Of a stretch of 64,000 bases of DNA, positions 39,778 to 46,685 are shown in pieces (position 1 is the stretch's first letter; each line of letters starts with the position of its first letter). Location of the stretch: positions 128,001-192,000 of the forward strand of contig JBHLMN010000007.1 of the NCBI GenBank assembly GCA_048938105.1, in the 5' to 3' direction. The translations under genes were made by a program, and so were the position numbers. The notes beneath the pieces are model-generated. The model saw nothing but the letters and a program-made list of their open reading frames with translations. It was not told where the DNA came from and did no database searches. The DNA comes from Promethearchaeota archaeon (GTDB lineage Archaea > Asgardarchaeota > Heimdallarchaeia > Hodarchaeales > Hodarchaeaceae).

Positions 39778-40641
39778 TTGTCTTTGACAGACGTAGTAGA
39801 TTTGTCATTTGTCCAGATATACTTACTTAACATTTTGATTTCTTATTCAACAGGAGCTATTCGATTTACGTTATTAAATCAAATCAATGATGTTTTCTTT
39901 CATGAAAAACCTTTAGCACCATCTACGTTCTATAATAGTTTACGTAGACTTGAGAAAAAAGGGTTTGTTTCTTTTCAAGAGGATGACAAGAGTTCAAAAG
40001 GAAAAAGTGTCCAGGCGACACTCTTAGGTAAAATAGCTATCCAGATGATCACTCAAATGATGATTTTCAACATTTGGGACATAGGAACGATTTTAAAAGA
40101 GATTGTTCCAGAAGTAATTGCAAAAACTGAATTAAAACCAGTTCATTCTTCTCTTCTAATCCATTTTGATGAATTATTAAATGTGGAATTATTTGATGAA
40201 TTCTATTATCCATACTCTGAAGAACTTTATGTCTTAGCTAGTGATGAATATTATGATAGATACTTAAAACGAGGAATAACAGAGGTACACCAATCAAAAT
40301 TCCGAAATAAGAAGATTCGTGAACCTAATAACTTTTTTGATGCTACATTCTTAGTACGTTACCGAAAAACGGATAAATTCGGGATCTCAGAAATTGAAAT
40401 GCTTCAGGAAGCATTAAGGGTTACAAAGCCAAAAGGAAAGTTAATAATCATATCAATTAATGACATTCCTCAATCGAATCACTTTATTCCAGACGCCATT
40501 GGACAATTTGTAATTCAAAATCCATTCTTTTTTTCAATAAATGAACAAGATTTAAGATCGGATTTTAATGAGGTAGGTATTCAAAACCTGAATGTGCATA
40601 ATATCAATGGAATGATAGTTGCATGGGTAAATATTTTGTGA
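39778..40641 (+). CDS. PadR-like winged-helix regulator fused to a methyltransferase-like domain
   Basis: PSTFYNSLRRLEKKGFV...TLLGK wHTH; NNFFDATF and LQEALRVTKPKGKLII. Confidence 0.7.
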   Translation: MSLTDVVDLSFVQIYLLNILISYSTGAIRFTLLNQINDVFFHEKPLAPSTFYNSLRRLEKKGFVSFQEDDKSSKGKSVQATLLGKIAIQMITQMMIFNIWDIGTILKEIVPEVIAKTELKPVHSSLLIHFDELLNVELFDEFYYPYSEELYVLASDEYYDRYLKRGITEVHQSKFRNKKIREPNNFFDATFLVRYRKTDKFGISEIEMLQEALRVTKPKGKLIIISINDIPQSNHFIPDAIGQFVIQNPFFFSINEQDLRSDFNEVGIQNLNVHNINGMIVAWVNIL

Positions 40642-40773
40642 AAAAAAACTGGTGAATGCTCCATCATTGAATGATTAAAGTCCCTTGAATTTTTTTACCT
40701 AATGTCCACTGTCAATAGACATATTCCAACTTGGTAACGCTGTTCAAAGGAAAACAGAGATAGTAGAATTGAT

Positions 40774-41037
40774 TTATTCAACTTTTCCAGCAGCAAGTCG
40801 AATATCGGAGTCTTTTATGGTTTTACGCCCCGAATGACCAGCAATTTCCACTGCATAGCGAGCAATTTCTAGGCCTCTATTAACGATGATTTGATTCAGA
40901 CTTGTAATAGCATCAGCTGAAACCCGAAAAGCTCCCGCATCTCTTATGAGTCTCTCAACACGAGCTCCTGCAAAACTTGCTTCTCCTTTTGCTGGCTTTG
41001 GTGCTGCTTTCTTCGCAGGTGTTTTCTTTTTTGCCAT
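40774..41037 (-). CDS. Archaeal histone (HMf fold) with ~19-aa Lys-rich N-terminal tail
   Basis: RLIRDAGAFRVSADA...IAGHSGRKTIKDSDIRLA aligns with HMfB (RIIKDAGAERVSDDA...LARHAGRKTIKAEDIELA). Confidence 0.95.
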   Translation of the reverse strand: MAKKKTPAKKAAPKPAKGEASFAGARVERLIRDAGAFRVSADAITSLNQIIVNRGLEIARYAVEIAGHSGRKTIKDSDIRLAAGKVE

Positions 41038-41099
41038 TTTAAATCACAATTTCTCACTATATGAAGTCTTGAAAGACTTAAAAATAAAATTAATCACCC

Positions 41100-41107
41100 T
41101 TTATAAA
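41100..41107 (-). promoter_or_regulatory. TATA box (TTTATAAA) of the histone gene with purine-rich BRE-like upstream sequence
   Basis: Minus strand GGATAAATGTTTATAAAGG about 62 nt upstream of the histone ATG. Confidence 0.55.
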
Positions 41108-41236
41108 CATTTATCCAGTATTAGCACGAAAGAAGAATATATTGAAAAATTAGAGTTCTTTCGTATAGATTATATTCTTTTTACAATTTTCCCATAGTAA
41201 TCTTACAAGGATCGATGAATGAAATCTTATTTTCCA

Positions 41237-42505
41237 TTAAAATGGTTCAAACGTAAAAGGGGATTCTTTGGTCTTAAAAAGCTCATTTAGACTATTAAGA
41301 TATGTCTTATTAGTTATTTGAACTAATCCATATTCGTAAAGCTTTTTTAGATCAATAGTTCCCATTACTAGACTAGAAAACCGCGCAATGTCAATGGATA
41401 ATTCTACATTATAATCTTCTCCAACTGGAATCACTTTTGGTCTTCCTTTTTGAAAATGGATTATTAGTTGACTATCGTTTTCAGGTATGAATGAATCAAT
41501 GATGGTTAACTTCAATTTGATACTCTGGTTTCCAAAATTATGATCAGATAATAAATTAAAGAATTTTGAAGAATTAATTACTCTGTACATAATCCCTACT
41601 CCTTGAATGTTACTCTCCTGAAAGATATGAAAGATATTTTCATTACCTCGGCTTCTTGGTTCCATCAAAAAATGATGAAAATAATGATCGTGAGTATTAT
41701 AGCGAATTCGATGAACTTGATCTTGTTGAGTAGCAAGAAATGATAACAAGCCCAAGAAAGCTTGTGGTGATTCATAAATAAATTCCATAATGTGTAGATC
41801 ATGTTGAAGCCAACTCCCACCTTCCACACGTTTCAAACGAAAGGCTAAATAACCTACTAAAATATTATTTTCCCAATAGCCAATAATTTTCATTCTAAGC
41901 AATTGTTTAAAGGCATCACTTTCCTCTTCCCGTAAAATCATACCATGTGTTGTTGTTGCATATCTGTTAAAGCATTCTGAAATGGCTTTTATATCTTTAA
42001 TAGATAAATAGGATATATTTCCTTTTGTGGTTAATCGTAATGCTTTTGGTTCAAAACTGTATTGATTCATCTTATTTCCTAAACCATAACCCATCCTCGC
42101 ATAAAAATCTGGTGCAAATGGATATAAACATGTTAAACAATACCCACGATCGTAATAGTGTTTATGAGCAAATATCATTAGATCTTTAGCAACATGTTCT
42201 TTCTTATGTAGAAGATCAACGCACACTTCCCCTATTCCACCACATTTAACAATATTCTTTGAATATAAGTTCATTTCAAAATCGTATAGAATCATTCCTC
42301 CCAACAATTTGCTATCTTGAAAACATCCATAAAAATTCACTTTAGTATTTTCATCATTAGTTTTAATCCATTCAGCTTTTTTCTCTCTTTTCATATCTTC
42401 CGTAAAATTATCTGGTACTTGTCCAGGATATGCTCCTGCCCAAATATCTAAAAAAAAGTTAAAATCATTGTCAACTAACTTTCTAATTGTTCTTTTTTCT
42501 TTCAT
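41237..42505 (-). CDS. eis: Eis-family acetyltransferase (double GNAT + SCP2-like domain)
   Basis: 422 aa; GGIGEVCVDLLHKKEHV, LYPF..DFYARMGYG, GIMYRVIN, C-terminal SCP2-like region ending in Phe (EPF). Confidence 0.85.
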   Translation of the reverse strand: MKEKRTIRKLVDNDFNFFLDIWAGAYPGQVPDNFTEDMKREKKAEWIKTNDENTKVNFYGCFQDSKLLGGMILYDFEMNLYSKNIVKCGGIGEVCVDLLHKKEHVAKDLMIFAHKHYYDRGYCLTCLYPFAPDFYARMGYGLGNKMNQYSFEPKALRLTTKGNISYLSIKDIKAISECFNRYATTTHGMILREEESDAFKQLLRMKIIGYWENNILVGYLAFRLKRVEGGSWLQHDLHIMEFIYESPQAFLGLLSFLATQQDQVHRIRYNTHDHYFHHFLMEPRSRGNENIFHIFQESNIQGVGIMYRVINSSKFFNLLSDHNFGNQSIKLKLTIIDSFIPENDSQLIIHFQKGRPKVIPVGEDYNVELSIDIARFSSLVMGTIDLKKLYEYGLVQITNKTYLNSLNELFKTKESPFTFEPF

Positions 42506-42522
42506 ATGAATTTTCCAATCCT

Positions 42523-43119
42523 TTAACCTTGTAATGATGAGAATGTCACTCCTTTTTCCGTTATCATGATTATAGGGCTACTTATAGCTGCTGATAGTGT
42601 TATAACAAGTGTTTTTTCTGTCTGCTCCTTCTGGAAATGATGAACGTGTCCAGCTACTAGAATTGCTGGATGATATTGGTCAACAAGCTTTCTTATTTTC
42701 TTATTACCACAATGGGGAATCATTTTTGTATGAAATGGATCACTACACTGGTCTGCTAAACCGAATGCCGGTTCATGAGAAACTAAGACATCAAGATTTT
42801 TTGGAATAGAAACTGGTTCACATTGATAATCAATACCGAAGAATCGTAATCCAGTTAATTCCTTGAGTTTATCTAGATGATTGTTTAACCAGAAGAAATT
42901 TGGTATTCTCTCCAGTTTTTGATGGAGTTTTTCTTTCCCCCAGGTTTCTTTATTTCCTTTTATGCTAAAAAATGGCAAAGGGAATTCAAAATTATTGTGC
43001 GTTGGATATTGGTGATAGTTAAAGATATCTCCACAGCAAATACAAAGGTCAACTGTCTCTGCGATTTGAAATAACCTGGTGAAATCTCCCTCAAAATCAG
43101 TACTAAGAAGAATTTTCAT
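42523..43119 (-). CDS. Calcineurin-like metallophosphoesterase
   Basis: STDFEG, CGDIFN, KGNKE, VSHEP, AGHVH; stop is 17 bp before eis. Confidence 0.8.
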   Translation of the reverse strand: MKILLSTDFEGDFTRLFQIAETVDLCICCGDIFNYHQYPTHNNFEFPLPFFSIKGNKETWGKEKLHQKLERIPNFFWLNNHLDKLKELTGLRFFGIDYQCEPVSIPKNLDVLVSHEPAFGLADQCSDPFHTKMIPHCGNKKIRKLVDQYHPAILVAGHVHHFQKEQTEKTLVITLSAAISSPIIMITEKGVTFSSLQG

Positions 43120-43300
43120 TTTAATGACACATATTCATAAAATAATGTTTGTCTTGGACTTATAGAAGTTTTTTTCTAAAGATTCTCATCTCTTTATATG
43201 AACATCTTAATCGACTGTTTCCGTACTATATTAAAAGAATATCTTCTTTAATTTATCATTAAGACTCTGAGGAATTGCTAGAGGCATTAGATGATAGTTT

Positions 43301-44053
43301 ATGCTAAAGAAAAAAGAAATTGCTTTGTTAAATTCAAATGTTAAAAGCTGTTTTAATTGCAACCTTTCTAGAACCCGAAACAATCCCATTTGTGGAGAAG
43401 GAAACTTAAACGCAAAAATCTTGCTGATAGCACAAGCTCCAGGTATTCAAGAAGATAGCAAAGGAAAGATGTTTGTTGGTCCATCAGGTCAGGTACTAAA
43501 TGAGCTCCTGAAAGGAGCTAATATAAACCGAGAAGATATCTACATGACCAATTTAATAAAATGTATTCTTCCAAAGTATCGGAAACCAAAAGCAAAAGAA
43601 ATTACATCTTGTAGTCAATATCTAGATAGAGAGATTGAAATAATTAAACCACAAATCTTGGTACCTTTAGGATTCCGTGCAATAAGATATATTTTTACTA
43701 AATATTGTCAAGAAATTCCTTCAAAGGAGGAGTATAACACAATCTTTGGAAATCTCTATTTATCTCCCAATAAAAAAATTTTACCTCTTCCTCATCCTGC
43801 AACATTATTACATAATCCATCTAATATAGAGGAAGTAAAATATCATTATTATAAACTTAAAATCGTTTCAAAAGATTGTAAATGGTACAGAGTTTGCCCA
43901 ATAAAACATTTTTATGAACAAGGGAAAATCCCAAGCATCTGGGTCAAACTATATTGCAAAGGGGACTGGTCTAGTTGTGTTAGGTTCCACATGGAAGAAG
44001 AGGGAAAGTATCATTCTGATTATATGCTCCCAGATGGAACATTAATAGAATAA
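43301..44053 (+). CDS. Family-4-type uracil-DNA glycosylase with extra C-terminal Cys-rich domain
   Basis: CFNCNL, AQAPG..ED..G..FVGPSG, TNLIKC, HPA; C-terminal CKWYRVCP...YCKG...CVRF...MLPDG. Confidence 0.85.
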   Translation: MLKKKEIALLNSNVKSCFNCNLSRTRNNPICGEGNLNAKILLIAQAPGIQEDSKGKMFVGPSGQVLNELLKGANINREDIYMTNLIKCILPKYRKPKAKEITSCSQYLDREIEIIKPQILVPLGFRAIRYIFTKYCQEIPSKEEYNTIFGNLYLSPNKKILPLPHPATLLHNPSNIEEVKYHYYKLKIVSKDCKWYRVCPIKHFYEQGKIPSIWVKLYCKGDWSSCVRFHMEEEGKYHSDYMLPDGTLIE

Positions 44054-44134
44054 TTATACAATAGTAAAAATAATGCAAGAGTCCACCTACAAGAAACAAC
44101 TTATAAAAAAAACGATTAAGAGGGATTTTCTTAA

Positions 44135-45115
44135 TTACTCCCATAAATCAGTGCTTAAGTACTTCAAACCACTATCAGGTAGTAAAACGACGATAGTTTT
44201 ATCCCTTAAATCTCCTCTAAGTAATTGAAGTGCTGCAGCAACATTTGCTCCTGAAGAGAAACCAGTAAATATTCCTTCCTCTTTAGCTAACCGACGTGAA
44301 ATTTCAATAGCCTCATCATTGCTTATCTGAAGAAATCCATCTATTTGGACTCCTTTTAGGAACTCTAGATCAACGATTGAATATCCTCCTCCCTGGATTT
44401 TATGGTTTGTATTGCTAATTTTTTTACCAGCTAGGACAGCAGCTGTTTCTGGTTCTACAATATAACATAGTATCTTGGGATTATGTTCCTGTAAAGCCTT
44501 CGATACACCCTTAAAGCTCCCCCCTGTCCCAACGAAGTCGCAGAATGCATCAATTTCCCCATCAGTTTGTTCAAGTATTTCCCTGCCTGTATCTAGATAA
44601 TATGCTCTCCAATTACCATCCAAGATAAATTGATCCGCTCTAAAGGCATTTAATTGTTTTGTTAAGCGCTCTGCCTCTTTTTCAACAAGTTCCAAAGATT
44701 CTCCAGATACCTGTCCCGGTGGTGCGCCAGGTGCTTGATCAACAAGGACTACTTTCGCTCCAAAGGCTCTCATCATTCGTGCTCTTTCTTCTGTATTACC
44801 TTTACTCATTACTGCCACAAAAGGATAACCTTTTATAGCACAAACAATGGATAACCCCGTTCCAGTATTTCCACTGGTGAGTTCGATAACAGTTTGACCT
44901 GGTTTTAATGATCCTAATTTTTCTGCATCTTCAATCATTTGTAAACCAATTCTATCCTTTTTTGAATATCCAGGATTGAAATACTCTAGCTTAGCTAATA
45001 TACGTCCTTTAACGCCAGCATTAGCTACTAATCTTGAGAGGTCTACAAGTGGCGTTTGCCCAATTGTTTCTATAATTGATTTACAAATTCCTTGATTACG
45101 TTTCAAATGCTTCAT
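44135..45115 (-). CDS. PLP-dependent cysteine synthase family protein
   Basis: IGQTPLV, KLEYFNPGYSKKDR, TSGNTG, VGTGGS, HKIQG, GFSSG, PDSGLKYLST. Confidence 0.9.
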   Translation of the reverse strand: MKHLKRNQGICKSIIETIGQTPLVDLSRLVANAGVKGRILAKLEYFNPGYSKKDRIGLQMIEDAEKLGSLKPGQTVIELTSGNTGTGLSIVCAIKGYPFVAVMSKGNTEERARMMRAFGAKVVLVDQAPGAPPGQVSGESLELVEKEAERLTKQLNAFRADQFILDGNWRAYYLDTGREILEQTDGEIDAFCDFVGTGGSFKGVSKALQEHNPKILCYIVEPETAAVLAGKKISNTNHKIQGGGYSIVDLEFLKGVQIDGFLQISNDEAIEISRRLAKEEGIFTGFSSGANVAAALQLLRGDLRDKTIVVLLPDSGLKYLSTDLWE

Positions 45116-45175
45116 CTTAAAATTGTCTTCCTAAAGAATAAGATTGTTATTGATTCTTAATAATATTTTAATTAT

Positions 45176-45772
45176 CTAAGAGAATTGATCAGCAATGCAA
45201 TCATAACAAAGAGTTATTTTTACATTATCTGGTTTCGTAATAATCTCTGCACATTCTGTACAAAAAAGTTTCAAACACTTCGAACATTTCATTATTCCAG
45301 GTACGCTTTTACAGCGTTGGCAATAATAATCGGAAGAGTCACTCCCTAATTTTATTACGAGTGATTCCAAGATTTTTTTTATAGTTTGAGGGTTTTTAAT
45401 TACGCTAGAATTAACCCAAAATCTTTCAGTGAGTTGAGGAAAATCCTTTTCTACCAATTCAGAAGGAAGGAAGTCTTGCAGCGAATTTGTCTCAACAAGA
45501 TCAAGATCAATCCTCCAAGTCGCTTTTGGATAGACAAAAACATATTTTCGACCTTTAATCTTTATTTCTAATAACCCAATTAATCCTGCTTCTTCCAGTG
45601 CGGTTAAATGAAAATCAAGCCCTGCTCTTTGAAGATTAAAATGAGTGATTAAGTCAGTTTTAATTAAGAATTTTTCGTTTGTAATATAGTTAAAGATTTC
45701 TAATCGTTTCTTGTTAGAAATTGCTTTTAATATCGGTTCAAGAGAAGTGTTGGATTTCATTCTTGTACACAT
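45176..45772 (-). CDS. ArsR-type wHTH regulator with C-terminal eight-Cys (B-box-like) zinc finger
   Basis: LKAISNKKRLEI...HLTALEEAGLI; CQRC..CSKC..CTEC..CYDC. Confidence 0.78.
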   Translation of the reverse strand: MCTRMKSNTSLEPILKAISNKKRLEIFNYITNEKFLIKTDLITHFNLQRAGLDFHLTALEEAGLIGLLEIKIKGRKYVFVYPKATWRIDLDLVETNSLQDFLPSELVEKDFPQLTERFWVNSSVIKNPQTIKKILESLVIKLGSDSSDYYCQRCKSVPGIMKCSKCLKLFCTECAEIITKPDNVKITLCYDCIADQFS

Positions 45773-45977
45773 TTATATAAAACTTTTAGTCTTAGTAATT
45801 CAACGATAAGTAACTTAAAATCATATTTTTATTAATCATTGGTTTGGGTAAAAATAATTTTACGTTAAGTTGTTCACATTGGTTAACTTTTTTTTAACTG
45901 TTCCAATAATAAGCTTAAAATACTTTTTACTGTCAAAACTTAAATGTCCTAATTTTAAAACTTAAACAGTGAGAATA

Positions 45978-46673
45978 ATGAGTGAACTAATTGTTGAAAT
46001 TGATTCTCTTTCTAAGGATTATCAAAGTGGTGAGATCACTGTCCGTGCTCTAAGTGGTGTGGATTTAAAGATTAAAAAGGGGGAATTTATAGTAATTCTT
46101 GGGCCTAGTGGTTCTGGAAAAACCACGCTACTTAATTTAATCGGCGGAATTGATGTACATACTAGCGGATCAATTAGAGTCAATGCTAGAGAAATAACGA
46201 AGTTAAAGGAAAAAGAACTTACTGAATTTCGTAAAGAAGATGTTGGTTTTATATTTCAATTCTACAATTTAATTCCAACACTCACCGCAGTTGAGAACGT
46301 CGAATTAGCTGCTCGACTGAAATTCTCACGACGTTTGGCTTTTAAGAAATCCTTACAGATGTTAAAAACCGTTGAGATGGAGGACAAAGCCCATAAATTT
46401 CCTTCACAACTTTCAGGAGGAGAACAGCAACGGGTTGCCATTGCACGAGCTCTTGTTAAAGAACCAAAGATAGTTTTAGCAGATGAGCCCACTGGAAATC
46501 TTGATACAAAAACAGGAGAGAAAATATTAACTGAAATGTTAAAAATTTGTAAAGAGAAAGGTACGACGTTCTTGATAGTTACACATAACGTTTCAATTTC
46601 AAAACTCGCAGATTATATTATATATTTGAAAGACGGTCAAATTTTCGGTACCTCAAAAGGTCAGTCTGAATAA
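45978..46673 (+). CDS. LolD/MacB-type ABC ATP-binding protein
   Basis: GPSGSGKTT, IFQFYNLI, LSGGEQQRVAIARAL, ADEPTGNLD. Confidence 0.93.
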   Translation: MSELIVEIDSLSKDYQSGEITVRALSGVDLKIKKGEFIVILGPSGSGKTTLLNLIGGIDVHTSGSIRVNAREITKLKEKELTEFRKEDVGFIFQFYNLIPTLTAVENVELAARLKFSRRLAFKKSLQMLKTVEMEDKAHKFPSQLSGGEQQRVAIARALVKEPKIVLADEPTGNLDTKTGEKILTEMLKICKEKGTTFLIVTHNVSISKLADYIIYLKDGQIFGTSKGQSE

Positions 46674-46685
46674 GGAGGGTCAATT

